NCBI GenBank assembly: GCA_965221165.1
Contig: CBDCRP010000002.1
Coordinates: forward strand, 1,280,001 to 1,344,000
DNA: 64,000 bases
From: a bacterium
Lineage (GTDB): Bacteria > UBA8248
Reading direction: 5' to 3'
The translations under genes and the position numbers were made by a program. Under the pieces are notes generated by a model, which saw only the letters and a list, made by a program, of their open reading frames with translations, was not told where the DNA came from and did not search any database. Below, one piece after another: positions 9,978-20,894 of this stretch; the stretch's first letter is position 1, and each line of letters starts with the position of its first letter.

Positions 9978-10706
9978 TTAGCCCACGTTTCCTTTCGCGT
10001 GTATGGCGTTGGCGATGAGGTTCACCGCATGATCCGCGTTCGCCTCGGGTCTGGCCGTCTCCGCGAAGCGGTAAAAACTCTTTGTCGGCTTTAATGAGTC
10101 GCCACCCAAGCCCACCAGGTCTGCGCAGAGACGCATCGCTTCCGCATCCAGCTCCGAGTCCGCCACCACGTGATTCACCATGCCGACCCGCCTGCCCTCT
10201 TCGGTGTCGATCTCACGCCCCGTGATGACCATCTCGAAACCGTGACGCCGACTCAGCTTTCTCGCCAGATGACTGATGACCACCGTGGGCGGAAAACCCT
10301 CCCTGATCTCGGGAAAGGCGATTCGCGCGGTATCGGAAGCCGGCACGATGTCCGCGCGGCTGATAAGGCCCGCCCCCGGCCCGTAGGCGCGGCCTCTCAA
10401 GGCCGCCACCGTCACGGCGGGAGAAAACTCCAGGGCGTCGTTCATCCTCACGATTGCCCGGAAACGCTCCCTTATCACGTTCACGGGCGGTAGTTGCGCG
10501 CCGCCGCGCACGCTCTCTCTCCCTGCTCAAAAAACCGCACCCTCTCCGCTCAGCAGCACGACGTCGCATTCCTCGCCCGCCTGAAGGAGGGCTTCGGTGA
10601 GTTCTCCCATCATCTCGAACGTCAGGCGATTCGCCTGAGAGGCGCGCGCGAGCGTGACGCGGCCCATAGCGTTTTCTTTCTCATAGCGAACAGACGCAAT
10701 TTTCAT
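9978..10706 (-). pseudogene. Crotonase family gene with an in-frame TGA at codon 60 (pseudogene or recoded)
   Basis: Continuous frame MKIASVRYEKEN...LLSGEGAVF*AGRES-VRGG...FPE..GF; TGA at 10527-10529. Confidence 0.75.
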
Positions 10707-11380
10707 CCCCCTGGAGCAGAAGCCTGATTCCCCGAAAAAAACCGGGAATCATCCCATTTAGATATCTCATGCCGTTTTCATCGGGCGTAAAATCCAGTTA
10801 ACCTATTGATATTTCTTAAATTATCTATTATTATAAATCTCATTTGGAATCTATTTTCCGCAGTATGTAATCAAATCGAAAGCGCGCCAATTCAAACTCC
10901 CGCGCATCCCGGAGCGTCACAGTCGGACCATATGCAACCACTCTCCAAAATACGATTTGCAATAGCTCGCCAACGGCGTGCCCGGCGCCTCACGACGTTC
11001 ATAAAGGAACTAACTCTCCACACTCCTTGGTGGAGCCCGGCCTGCGCCTGTTGCAGGCCGAAGCCGTGACGGCGCCGAAGGATATCCCGTATGGCCATCA
11101 TGCCGGTCCTCTTCACCGAGCCCCTGCCTCCTCGCTTCGTTCGACGGAACGATGAGGCGGAGACGGGAGAGTATCGGCGCGCGCCGGAACGTGGATGCCG
11201 TTGCAGCCCGACAGCCGACCGGCCCGTGCCGGAAACCCGGCCCCGGACGGTCAAATGCTTCCGGATTTGCACTTTGACGCTTGAAATATACTCCTGATAA
11301 AATAAAGGCATGGACTGACAGTTGATGAAATATGGAAGTCTGAAATGCGCTAGTCAATCTCTAACAATAGGAGGTTCAAG

Positions 11381-12565
11381 ATGCGCTACTCAATCTCTAT
11401 CAGGCGGCGGCTTCAAATTACCGCAACAGCTGTAGTATTCGGTCTGGCAGTCTTAGTCGTTGCGCCCTTTGGCGATCGCGCCGAGGCGGCGAAAGTATTG
11501 CGGCTGGGCGTGCTCGGCCCTCTTACCGGCGATCTTGCGTTCGGTGGTGAATTCCAGCTCAAGGGGGCGCAACTGCAGGCCGATTTGCTGAACAAGATGC
11601 AGGACAAGATCAAGATCGAGATCATCGCCGAGGATGATGAATCCAAATGTGACGTCTCGGTCTCGGCTGCGCGCAAGCTGATCGCGCGTGACAAGGTTCA
11701 TGCGCTCCTCGGCGCATGGCAAAGCACCTGTACGCTCGCTATCGTTCCGATCACCGCGGCGGCGAAAATTCCGCAATATACAACGAGTGTCGCGGGGCCG
11801 ATCACCCAGCAGGGTTCCAAGTGGATATTCCGAGTTGCCGTTCCGACCAAGGGCCTGAATATAGCAACCATCAATTACGCGGTTAAGAAGCTTGGTCTGA
11901 AAAAGATCGCCATCCTCTCTTCCAATGAGGAGGTCGGAAAATCCTTTTCCGCCAGTACCGCCGCTGTATTGAAAACGCTTGGGCTCAAGCCCGTGGCGAA
12001 ACAGGAATACGCGCGTGGCGACAAGGACTTCACGGGCCAACTCGGCCGTATCAAGGCCGCGGGCGCGGATGCGGTCATCATGGCGACGGGATTCCAGGAG
12101 CAGGCCATCATTGCCCGCCAGGTGAAAGAACTCGGCATGAAGGTTCGGCTTCTCGGCGGCGATACCATCGGCGGGAATCCGAAGTTCGTGGACCTCGGCG
12201 GCAAGCACGTAGAGGGTATGGTGTTCGCCACGACCTTCATCCCCGTAAGTTCCGACAAGCGTCTGGCGCCCTTCATGAAGGCCTACATTGCGAAATACAA
12301 TGAACGTCCCGACCCTTGGGCCGGCGAGTTCTATGACGCGGTGGGCATCGTATTCGAGGCTGTCAAGGCCAACGGCTACGTCCCCGACAGCAAACAGATA
12401 GGCGCGTTTACGCGCAATCTCACCAGCGCGAAAAACAGCTACAGCGGCATCCTGGGCAACGTCTATTTTGCTAAAAACGGAGACGGCGCCTGGGAGCCGA
12501 TCATCGGGGAAATTGTCGATAGCAGCAATGCCGACGGAGAGTTTTGGCGGTCTCTCGGTCGATAG
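11381..12565 (+). CDS. LivK/LivJ-like ABC substrate-binding protein
   Basis: Signal peptide; GVLGPLTG, EDD, DFTGQL..IK..GAD. Confidence 0.92.
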   Translation: MRYSISIRRRLQITATAVVFGLAVLVVAPFGDRAEAAKVLRLGVLGPLTGDLAFGGEFQLKGAQLQADLLNKMQDKIKIEIIAEDDESKCDVSVSAARKLIARDKVHALLGAWQSTCTLAIVPITAAAKIPQYTTSVAGPITQQGSKWIFRVAVPTKGLNIATINYAVKKLGLKKIAILSSNEEVGKSFSASTAAVLKTLGLKPVAKQEYARGDKDFTGQLGRIKAAGADAVIMATGFQEQAIIARQVKELGMKVRLLGGDTIGGNPKFVDLGGKHVEGMVFATTFIPVSSDKRLAPFMKAYIAKYNERPDPWAGEFYDAVGIVFEAVKANGYVPDSKQIGAFTRNLTSAKNSYSGILGNVYFAKNGDGAWEPIIGEIVDSSNADGEFWRSLGR

Positions 12566-12578
12566 CGTCTACTTGAAG

Positions 12579-12618
12579 CTCACGGCAGTCCGGTTGCTTG
12601 CAACCGGACTGCCGTGAG
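12579..12618 (+). terminator. Perfect 19-bp inverted repeat downstream of the SBP gene
   Basis: CTCACGGCAGTCCGGTTGC-tt-GCAACCGGACTGCCGTGAG followed by TGGTTTTC. Confidence 0.7.
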
Positions 12619-13017
12619 TGGTTTTCGGGCGGCGACTTGAGGGTTGATGGCCTCATCGCTCGAATATCGGCGCAAAGGCCATTAGTCACGGGTTGTGCTA
12701 TGCGTTCCATTGGCCGAAGTTGCCGCCTAGCAACCTGTCCCAGAAAATCTCCGCCTTGATTGATGACCTGCGACGAAAACCCGCCCCCGCGTTGGCCGAG
12801 AAAATCTGCGGCGAGGCAAAACGACGGAAGAGGTGTCCGGAGGACGAGAAAACTGGCCGAATGGGCTTCGTAACACGGCCAGATCACCAAAATCAGACCG
12901 CCGGATGCCGGCGGTGGAGACCCCATCCCAGCGGTAGTGAAATTTAGGTATGATCACCACGGTATTGAAGGTTATCCGGGGAATGCGGGGTCAACACAAA
13001 CGACGCGGAACGGTGAA

Positions 13018-14976
13018 ATGGGGATAGATTTACATATCGTCACGCAGCAGGTTGTCGGCGGGCTGGCGGTCGGCTGCGTTTATGCCCTGATCGCTCTTGG
13101 CTTCACGATGATGTTGCGGGCCACCGAACTCGTCAACTTTGCACAGGGCGAACTGGTGATGTCCGGCGCCTTCATCGGATATACCCTCTTGGTGGCGACA
13201 CCGCTGCCGTATTTAGCCGTATTCATCGTAGCGAGCATCTTGACGGGCATTCTGGGCATGCTGATCGAGCGCGTAGCCCTGCGCCCGATTCGACTGCGAC
13301 AATCGCCGCTCTTGAATTTGATTATCGCAACAATCGGGATTGGGATATGCCTTCGGCTGGTCTCGCAACTGATATGGGGGGCCGCGCCGCTGCGTTACCC
13401 GGTATCCGTTGGCCAAGTAGGCCATCTTGTCGTGGCCGGGCTGCCTATGAGCATTCAGCATATTTGGATTATCGCCCTTGCCATCCTCTCAATGCTCGGC
13501 CTGCATTACTTCTTTGAGCGAACTCTTCCCGGCATCGCGTGGCGGGCGTCGGCATATGACTCATACACGGCGGAAATTCTGGGTGTAAGTTTTGATCGCG
13601 TCGTCACGATGACTTTCGGCATCAGTTCCATGTTGGCGGGCGCCGCCGGCGTCCTCGTCGCACCATTGTTTTTTGTCGCGCAGGACCTTTGGCTGCAGGG
13701 ACCCCGATCATTCGCCGCTGCGGCACTGGGGCAGTTTCACATACTCGGCACGATGATTGGCGGTCCCATTCTGGGCCTCCTGGAGACTTTCGCCGCGGGT
13801 TACATTTCATCCGCTTACAAGAACGGGATCGCCTTTGGCATCACCATCATTGTGCTGATGCTCGTAGCGATTCCTCGAATGCCGCGTGGCGGGAGCTTGG
13901 TGTTCAGGTACGGGCGGCAATCGATAGCGGACTTGTTTGAGTTGAACGATAAGCAAGCCGCCCATCTCAGGTACGGCATTATCGCCGCGCTCGGTGTCCT
14001 CGCCTTTATTCTGCCGTTGCTCCTCGATACATATGAGATCTACCTCGTCACCCTCATCCTGATCTACGCCACGGCCGCCCTCGGACTGCAGCTCGTAATC
14101 GGATACGCCGGCGCCATCATCGTCGGTCATGCGGCGTTCCTGGGAATTGGCGCCTACACTTCGGCGATCTTGACCGTATACTTTGGCGTTCCATTCCTCC
14201 CCGCAATCATTGCGGCGGCGATTGTCGCCGCTGTGTTCGGGTTGCTGTTCGGACCGATATTGAGGCTGCCGACCCACTTCTGCGCCATCGCGACCCTGGG
14301 TTTTGGCGAGATCATGCATCTCGTGTTCATCAACTGGAAAGACGTAACAAACGGGATGTCGGGCATTAGCGGTATTCGAAAACCGTCCGTCGGCTCCTTT
14401 GTGTTCGAGGAAGGCGCACCCTTCTATTTCCTGACGATAGCCGTACTGGCGATCGTCTTCGCGGCGTTACAGCGCCTGATATCGTCACGTTATGGCCGTG
14501 GATTGATCGCGGCCCGCGAGAACGAGCTGGCTGCGATCTCCATGGGAGTGAATGTTGCATGGTACCGGACGCTCTCCATCTGCATCGGCGCCGGTTGCGC
14601 CGGGATCGCAGGTTCTCTGTATGCCCACTTCTTCTCCTATATCAGTCCGGATTCCTTCACGATCCTGCAGTCGATCGCATTCCTTACGATGGTCGTGCTT
14701 GGCGGTCTCGGTAGCTTTGCCGGCGCCATTATCGGGGCGTTCTTCGTCCTTGGCGTTCCGGAAATGCTGCGTAAGCTTGCGGAGTATCGAATCCTGATCT
14801 TCGGGCTGCTTCTGATCGCGTTCATGATGTTCTTGCCGGGGGGACTGGCGGACCTCGGCCACCGATTGCTATCCATATTCAGACGGAAGGAAGGAACTCC
14901 TGAAGTCTCGGTCGCCAATTCGGAGACAAACGAAATCTTGGCCGCCAATCCGGTGAAAAACAATGTCAATTCTTAA
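13018..14976 (+). CDS. Fused LivH-LivM ABC permease
   Basis: N-half YALIALG..VNFAQGE (LivH); C-half GHAAFLGIGAY, ATLGFGEI, VVLGGLGS (LivM). Confidence 0.9.
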   Translation: MGIDLHIVTQQVVGGLAVGCVYALIALGFTMMLRATELVNFAQGELVMSGAFIGYTLLVATPLPYLAVFIVASILTGILGMLIERVALRPIRLRQSPLLNLIIATIGIGICLRLVSQLIWGAAPLRYPVSVGQVGHLVVAGLPMSIQHIWIIALAILSMLGLHYFFERTLPGIAWRASAYDSYTAEILGVSFDRVVTMTFGISSMLAGAAGVLVAPLFFVAQDLWLQGPRSFAAAALGQFHILGTMIGGPILGLLETFAAGYISSAYKNGIAFGITIIVLMLVAIPRMPRGGSLVFRYGRQSIADLFELNDKQAAHLRYGIIAALGVLAFILPLLLDTYEIYLVTLILIYATAALGLQLVIGYAGAIIVGHAAFLGIGAYTSAILTVYFGVPFLPAIIAAAIVAAVFGLLFGPILRLPTHFCAIATLGFGEIMHLVFINWKDVTNGMSGISGIRKPSVGSFVFEEGAPFYFLTIAVLAIVFAALQRLISSRYGRGLIAARENELAAISMGVNVAWYRTLSICIGAGCAGIAGSLYAHFFSYISPDSFTILQSIAFLTMVVLGGLGSFAGAIIGAFFVLGVPEMLRKLAEYRILIFGLLLIAFMMFLPGGLADLGHRLLSIFRRKEGTPEVSVANSETNEILAANPVKNNVNS

Positions 14977-15742
14977 AGTGGATGATCTGACCGTGAATTA
15001 TGGGGCGCTCACGGCTCTCTCGAGTGTATCGCTTGAGATTGACAATGGTGAGATACATGGTCTGATTGGTCCCAACGGATCGGGGAAGACGACTCTTTGC
15101 AACGCGATTACGGGGTTTCTGCGCCAAAAATCGGGAGAGGTCGTCTTTAACGGTCAGAATATCAGCTCGACCAGGGCATACAACATGGCCGGCCTGGGTA
15201 TTTCGCGCACCTTTCAAGACCTTCAAGTGTTTTCGGAGATGACGGGGCTCGAGAACGTCATGATCGGTTATCATGGCAAGAGCCGAAGCGGCGTTATCGG
15301 CGGGGTCTTTCGCCCGCCCCGGGTCGTGCGGGAAGATTCGGAAATCAGGGACAGGGCGTATGAGGCGCTTGAATCCGTGCGGCTCGCTCATCTTGCCAAC
15401 CGACCGGCAAACCGGATGTCGTTTGGACAACAACGCATGTTGGAGCTTGCGCGCGCGCTGGTTTCCGATCCGCTGCTCGTCCTGTTGGACGAGCCGGCCG
15501 CGGGTTTAAGTCCGGTGATGTACGAGCGGCTCACCGAAATCCTGGGTAACCTGCGATCTCGCGGGAAGACGAGCATATTGCTGATTGAGCATGTCATTCG
15601 TCTGGTGATGAGCATTTCCGACCGAATTACGGTTCTCGACCACGGCGAGAAGATTGCCGAAGGGACGCCCGCGGTCGTTCGCAAGGATCCGAATGTAATC
15701 GAGGCCTATCTGGGCAAGGCGATGAAATATGTTGACGCTTGA
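14963..15742 (+). CDS. livG: LIV-type ABC ATP-binding protein
   Basis: GPNGSGKTT, RTFQ, LLDEPAAG, IEAYLG. Confidence 0.92.
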   Translation: MSILKVDDLTVNYGALTALSSVSLEIDNGEIHGLIGPNGSGKTTLCNAITGFLRQKSGEVVFNGQNISSTRAYNMAGLGISRTFQDLQVFSEMTGLENVMIGYHGKSRSGVIGGVFRPPRVVREDSEIRDRAYEALESVRLAHLANRPANRMSFGQQRMLELARALVSDPLLVLLDEPAAGLSPVMYERLTEILGNLRSRGKTSILLIEHVIRLVMSISDRITVLDHGEKIAEGTPAVVRKDPNVIEAYLGKAMKYVDA

Positions 15743-16433
15743 GAATATCTGGGCCTCGTATGGCCCCGTGCAGGTACTGAGCGGGGTCTCGCTCGATGTT
15801 CCCGCCGGCAAGGTCATTACCCTACTTGGCGGTAACGGCTCGGGAAAATCGACAACATTGAAAACGATCGTCGGCGCCGTTAAGGCGAGCGACGGCAGCA
15901 TTCGATTCGAAGATAAGGAAATTTGCGGTATGGAACCTCGTGAAATCGTTCCAATGGGCATTTCTCTTGTGCCACAGGGTCGCCGCATCTTCGCGCCACT
16001 GACGGTTATGGAGAACCTGAGGCTCGGCGCTTTCGCGCGGCGGCGCCACAAGAAATCGAAGGATGATTTCGAGATAATCTACGAACGGTTTCCGGAGGTT
16101 CGCCAATGGCTGAGGCGCAAGGGCAATACGCTCAGTGTCGGACAACAGCAGCTCGTCGCATTTGGACGCGGTCTGATCTCGCGGCCGAAGCTTCTGTTGC
16201 TTGATGAACCTTCCTCGGGACTTGCGCCGATCCTTGTCGAGCGCCTGGGCGAAATCATCATGAAACTGAAGGAGGCCGGTATGACGATTCTTCTGGTCGA
16301 GCAAAATGTCCATCTGGCGCTCTCGGTCGCCGACTTCGGGTACATTCTGCGCGACGGCAAGATCTCCATGGCCGGGCCCACCGCCAATCTTGTCGGAGAC
16401 GGTGATCTGATACGCCACTACCTCGGGGGATAA
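15729..16433 (+). CDS. livF: LIV-type ABC ATP-binding protein
   Basis: GGNGSGKST, VPQGRRIF, LLDEPS, LVEQN. Confidence 0.92.
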   Translation: MLTLENIWASYGPVQVLSGVSLDVPAGKVITLLGGNGSGKSTTLKTIVGAVKASDGSIRFEDKEICGMEPREIVPMGISLVPQGRRIFAPLTVMENLRLGAFARRRHKKSKDDFEIIYERFPEVRQWLRRKGNTLSVGQQQLVAFGRGLISRPKLLLLDEPSSGLAPILVERLGEIIMKLKEAGMTILLVEQNVHLALSVADFGYILRDGKISMAGPTANLVGDGDLIRHYLGG

Positions 16434-16552
16434 AATTTCCGGAACCGCGTGTTGCGACCGATGCGAGACGACAACGGCGCCATCCGAAGGCGAAATGCGT
16501 GTGATCCAGTGACAAGCGCTTGTCACGAGTTTCAAGATAGGAGAATCCGAGT

Positions 16553-17794
16553 ATGCCCAGAACAATACAAGACCCGAGACTGCCTCCGCCATCAGGACCT
16601 TACTGCTACGCGTTCCGGGCGGGGAATTACATCTTTCTTGGCGGGATGCCGGGCATCACGACGGAAGCGTTGATGGTCGATGGCGTCCCGAATGGCCGAA
16701 TGGCCGGAGAAACGCCCGGTCGGGCCGATATGGAAGCCCAGACGCGCCAGGCCATCGAGGCTATGAAACTCGCCGTTGAGATCGCCGGTGGTAGGTGGAG
16801 TGACGTTCTTCGGCTGAATCTGTTCCTAGACGGCTGGAGAGAGATCGGGCCATTTGTCAAAGCGTACGAGAAGTACCGTACCCCCGCCGTACCGGCCGAC
16901 ACGCTCGTCGGCTACGGACTCTATATGCCGTCGATGATCATGGAAATCGAAGGGCTTGCCGGCTCCGGAGAAACCAAACCACTCTTGCCTGTCGGGAAGC
17001 AGGCGCATGAGTATGCGCCCTCCGGCGCCGGCAGGAGGATGGGCGACCTTTTGTGCCTGAGTGCGCGGCTGCCGATCGACGCCAAGGGTGAGGTCGTCTC
17101 GCCGGGGAATTCGAAGGCGCAGACCGAGGCTATTCTCGAGGGTATTGGAGAAGTATTGTCGGAAAACGGCGGATCCCTCGGGGATATCATTCGCCTGCGG
17201 GTATTCGTCCGCGACATGAGAGACGTGGAGGCGGTTGAAGCGGCAATCGACGACGCATTTGCGGATCCGGGGCCGATCACGACGATCGTGACGGCGACTT
17301 TGCCGATTCTCGAAGCCGACGTAATGATAGAGCCGACCGCATACCTTGGTGAGAAGGAGTATCGGACGGGGCCCGGAAACGCCCGAGGCGTTTTGGCCGG
17401 TGAGTTGATGATCTCAAACGGAATCCTCAGCGTGGATGACGAAAGCGGCGTGCGAGATCCCGGTGACATCCAGAAGCAGACGCGAAACGTCCTTGCCAAC
17501 GTGGAACTTCTTCTGAAGGAGTTCGACTTGGAGGTGGCGGACGTAACGCAATCGCAGGTGACGCTGACCGATTTCCGCGACTATGACGCCTACAACGCCC
17601 TTTACAGGAACTTCTTCGCCTTTCCGTTCCCCGCCAGGAATTCGGTCGAAGCCGCATTGGGGAAAATTTCGCATTACGGCTTAAAATACCAGATCGAGGT
17701 TACGGCGATCCGCAATGCCTCGAGAGAGGGGCTGGTCGTGACGGCCGAGGACAGTTTCTACTTCAGGCGCATCGAAATGGAAGGCGGAGCGTAA
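16553..17794 (+). CDS. Triple tandem RidA/YjgF-domain protein
   Basis: Three ~130-aa repeats, each with Q-T...(D-x) ...P..T/R...IE; FPAR in repeat 3. Confidence 0.82.
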   Translation: MPRTIQDPRLPPPSGPYCYAFRAGNYIFLGGMPGITTEALMVDGVPNGRMAGETPGRADMEAQTRQAIEAMKLAVEIAGGRWSDVLRLNLFLDGWREIGPFVKAYEKYRTPAVPADTLVGYGLYMPSMIMEIEGLAGSGETKPLLPVGKQAHEYAPSGAGRRMGDLLCLSARLPIDAKGEVVSPGNSKAQTEAILEGIGEVLSENGGSLGDIIRLRVFVRDMRDVEAVEAAIDDAFADPGPITTIVTATLPILEADVMIEPTAYLGEKEYRTGPGNARGVLAGELMISNGILSVDDESGVRDPGDIQKQTRNVLANVELLLKEFDLEVADVTQSQVTLTDFRDYDAYNALYRNFFAFPFPARNSVEAALGKISHYGLKYQIEVTAIRNASREGLVVTAEDSFYFRRIEMEGGA

Positions 17795-17949
17795 ACCGCC
17801 GGCAAACTCTACCTGGCGGGAGACCTCTCCCGACCAATACGATTCGGATCAATGCCGTTGGCGATTCGGGCATGGGTGCGAGGTGTATTTCTTCAAGGTT
17901 TATCCGCTCGCCCGCCACCGACACGCGGCATCTGGAGATGAACACGGAA

Positions 17950-18010
17950 ACGCGCTGCGCTGCGTTCATTGACCTCGATCCCGAGGCCGGGGGTGCTGAA
18001 GGAGCTTGAA
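17950..18010 (-). pseudogene. C-terminal fragment of a mandelate racemase/MLE (enolase superfamily) gene
   Basis: Translates to TPGLGIEVNE, the typical C-terminal motif; no intact upstream gene. Confidence 0.45.
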
Positions 18011-18679
18011 CCAGACCGCCGGTGACGACTACGGGTTCCGTGCAGACAGCTCGTGTTCAGAACGCCTTCGGGGTCATCCAGCGTCATTCGCGCACTATTC
18101 CCGTAGCCCGAATCTTCCGGCAATGCGATGCCGGGAAATGGAACACCGGCCTTACGGTGTTCACGAGGCAAACCGTGATATCGACGGTCTCGAAACGGAT
18201 GTCTACGATGTCGTTTCGAGAGACGGGAGTCCGGCCTCTCAGGACCGTCTTTCGCTTTCGTGAAGCGGGGTCGTGTCCGTCTGAAGCGAGGAAGCGCTGT
18301 TTGTTCCGATTCGCCGGTCGAGCCAACGAACCGCGCAGTCTGTGGAAATGATGGACATCGTGGTTCTCTTGCGCCGGTCAGGGCGGTTGTTCGAATGGAT
18401 TCAGGGACGCCTCGGAGCGGGGAAAACACGCCATTCGCGCCGAAGAAAAAACAGAACGCGAGCGACTTGCCTCGGCGCGAATTTCGCTGTATCTTCGAAT
18501 CTTCTCATCCGAAACGGAAATACACGCGCGAGATCATTCCCCGAGCCGTCGAGGGTGGCGTTTGAGCGCCGGAACGGGGATGGCCTTTCGGTCCAAGTCG
18601 GCCCGCTCTTTTGAGCGGCCGAAGTCAGCCGCGCTGTCCGATCTGAATACCGCGGTTGGTCAAGGAGAAAGGCGATTTC

Positions 18680-19675
18680 ATGCTTTTTCTCACCGAAGAA
18701 GACGTATCCGCCGCCCTGGACGGCCTCGATGTGTACAAGGAAGCCGTCGAGGTAATCGAAGAAATCTTCCGCCATCAAGCGAGGGGTGAGGCGACCCGTT
18801 TCAAGCGAATCACCCTGGAGCATCCCGATCGTCCCGGTCATCTCCGGCACAACATCCGGATATTGCCCGGCATGGTCCCGGGCGTCGGCGCGGCGGGCGT
18901 GCGCGTGTACTCCGGCCACCAGGGCTCGAACCGCTCGGAGATCATCTGCCTGTTCGACTGGGACGACATGGCCATGTCCGCCGTTATCTCGGACTATTAC
19001 CTCCATACCATCCGCACCTCGGCCCCTTACGGCGCCGCCGTGAAGCACCTCGCCAGGCCCGACGCCGGGAAAATCGGCATCATCGGCACCGGCCGACTGG
19101 CGCGCGGCCAGATCCGGGCCGCCTGCGCGGTTCGGGACATCACTCAGGTCAAGGCCTACAGCCGAAGCGCCGAGAACCGGAGAAAGTTCTGCGAGGAGAT
19201 GGAAGCGGCGCTCGGAATCGAGGCGGTGCCCGTCGAAACGGGCAGAGAAGCGGTCGAGGGGGCCGACATCATGATTACGTCAACCTCGGGGAACACCATC
19301 GTCTTCGAGGGAGATTGGCTCGAACCAGGCGTGCTGTTCATGTCCGTAGCACCGGGGGAGATCGACGAAGAGACGGTGCTGCGCTCGACGCGCGTGATTC
19401 TCGCGGCCACGGACCAGGTGTTGTACGACACGCCTCTGCGAAAGCCGTTTCCCGCGTTGTTGGAGAGCGGGAAGTTCAAGGAGGAGGAAGTGGCGGCGGA
19501 GTTCTGCGACGTGGTCGTGGGCAAGAAGCCGGGCCGCGTCCGGGACGACGACATCATTCTCTACGAGTCGCCCGGCATGGGGATTTTCGACGTGGGCGTG
19601 GCGAACTGGGTCTACGGCCTGGCGAAAGAGAAGCGCATCGGCACGGAGCTGCCCTTCGGGGAAGAGCACAAGTGA
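18680..19675 (+). CDS. Ornithine cyclodeaminase/mu-crystallin family protein
   Basis: MLFLTEEDV, IRTSA, GIIGTGRLA, YESPGMGIFD. Confidence 0.9.
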   Translation: MLFLTEEDVSAALDGLDVYKEAVEVIEEIFRHQARGEATRFKRITLEHPDRPGHLRHNIRILPGMVPGVGAAGVRVYSGHQGSNRSEIICLFDWDDMAMSAVISDYYLHTIRTSAPYGAAVKHLARPDAGKIGIIGTGRLARGQIRAACAVRDITQVKAYSRSAENRRKFCEEMEAALGIEAVPVETGREAVEGADIMITSTSGNTIVFEGDWLEPGVLFMSVAPGEIDEETVLRSTRVILAATDQVLYDTPLRKPFPALLESGKFKEEEVAAEFCDVVVGKKPGRVRDDDIILYESPGMGIFDVGVANWVYGLAKEKRIGTELPFGEEHK

Positions 19676-19805
19676 GCCATGAGCGAAAGACGGGTTTGTG
19701 CGGTTCGATGATTGAAGCACGCCCCGTTGAATCACCTGTATCCCGGTGACATCCGGGCGGAACCGGATGGACCGGACGACAGGACAACCGGAAGGGGGAT
19801 CAGCC

Positions 19806-20807
19806 ATGAAACGAAAGATGTACGCAGCGGCGCTCGTCACCACGGCGGCGGCGATGTTTCTGCTGCCGTCCGTGAGCCTGGGCGCGGGGAAATTCCGCAT
19901 CGGACACACCAAGCTCATCATGGGGTCGCCGGCGGTGGTGGCCGACAGGCTGGGTTACTTCGACCGGACGCTGGGCAAGGGCAACTACGTGGTCAAGACC
20001 TTCAAGATGGGCAAACTGATGATGCAGGCGCTGCTCTCCAATTCGCTGGACGTGGGCGGGGCGGCCTCGCGGCCCTTCGTCACCTCGACGGCGAAGTCGG
20101 AGAGGATCACAGGGCTGGGAATCTCGAACTACTACTGCCGTTCCGCGCACTTGATGGTCGGGACGGATTCCAAAATCCGCTCCGTTGCGGATCTGAAGGG
20201 CAAGCGCCTGGGGATCGGCAAAGCCTCGGGAACGAATTTCATCTTCCGGAACTTCATCGCCCCGGCCCACGGGCTGAAGAAGGGCGATTGGACGGTGATC
20301 AACACCCTGGCCACGGATCGGATCGCGGCGCTGCGCTCCGGTAACGTGGCGATGATCATGGTGGCGAATCCCGCCGCCACGATCGCGCAGGAGAAGGGAT
20401 ACGCGCGCACCCTTGAGAATTACTGCAAATACGCCAAGGTCTTCTGGCTCATCTTGACGCGGAAAAAGGCGGTCGAGGAGCAGTCCGACCGGGTCGTCAA
20501 GTTCCTGCGCGGGTGGCTCAGGGCGGTTCGGCTTCAAAAGGAGAATCCGGCGCTCTACGCGCGCACCTATTGGCAACATCTTCAATCGAAGGGATCGAAG
20601 ATCTCCCTCGAACTGGTGCGCAAGAACGTGGACGACCTGGAGTTCCCAGCACCACTGATCGATGAGAACGAGCGGAAGTGGCTGGTCGGCGTGGCGAAGG
20701 TCCTGAAGAAGGAGAAGAAGCTGCCGCGCACGCGCACCTTCCGGGACGGGGACGGCTTCGATTTGGCTCCGCTGAGAAAAGCCCTCAAGGCCGAGGGCAT
20801 GATGTAG
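19806..20807 (+). CDS. NitT/TauT/SsuA family ABC substrate-binding protein (orphan)
   Basis: Signal peptide; SVADLKGKRLG; FLRGWLRA. Confidence 0.85.
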   Translation: MKRKMYAAALVTTAAAMFLLPSVSLGAGKFRIGHTKLIMGSPAVVADRLGYFDRTLGKGNYVVKTFKMGKLMMQALLSNSLDVGGAASRPFVTSTAKSERITGLGISNYYCRSAHLMVGTDSKIRSVADLKGKRLGIGKASGTNFIFRNFIAPAHGLKKGDWTVINTLATDRIAALRSGNVAMIMVANPAATIAQEKGYARTLENYCKYAKVFWLILTRKKAVEEQSDRVVKFLRGWLRAVRLQKENPALYARTYWQHLQSKGSKISLELVRKNVDDLEFPAPLIDENERKWLVGVAKVLKKEKKLPRTRTFRDGDGFDLAPLRKALKAEGMM

Positions 20808-20894
20808 CCGCCGAGCCTTGCGGGACGGGGCCGGATTCACCTGAGCGCAAGAACGCCCTTCGCCTCGATTCGCCGGTCGGGCCGGCTGCGGTTT

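Noticed and set aside
11070-11140. Possible IS1595 fragment (GGRGSVKRTGMMAIRD, minus strand)
   Set aside because: Similarity too short to support
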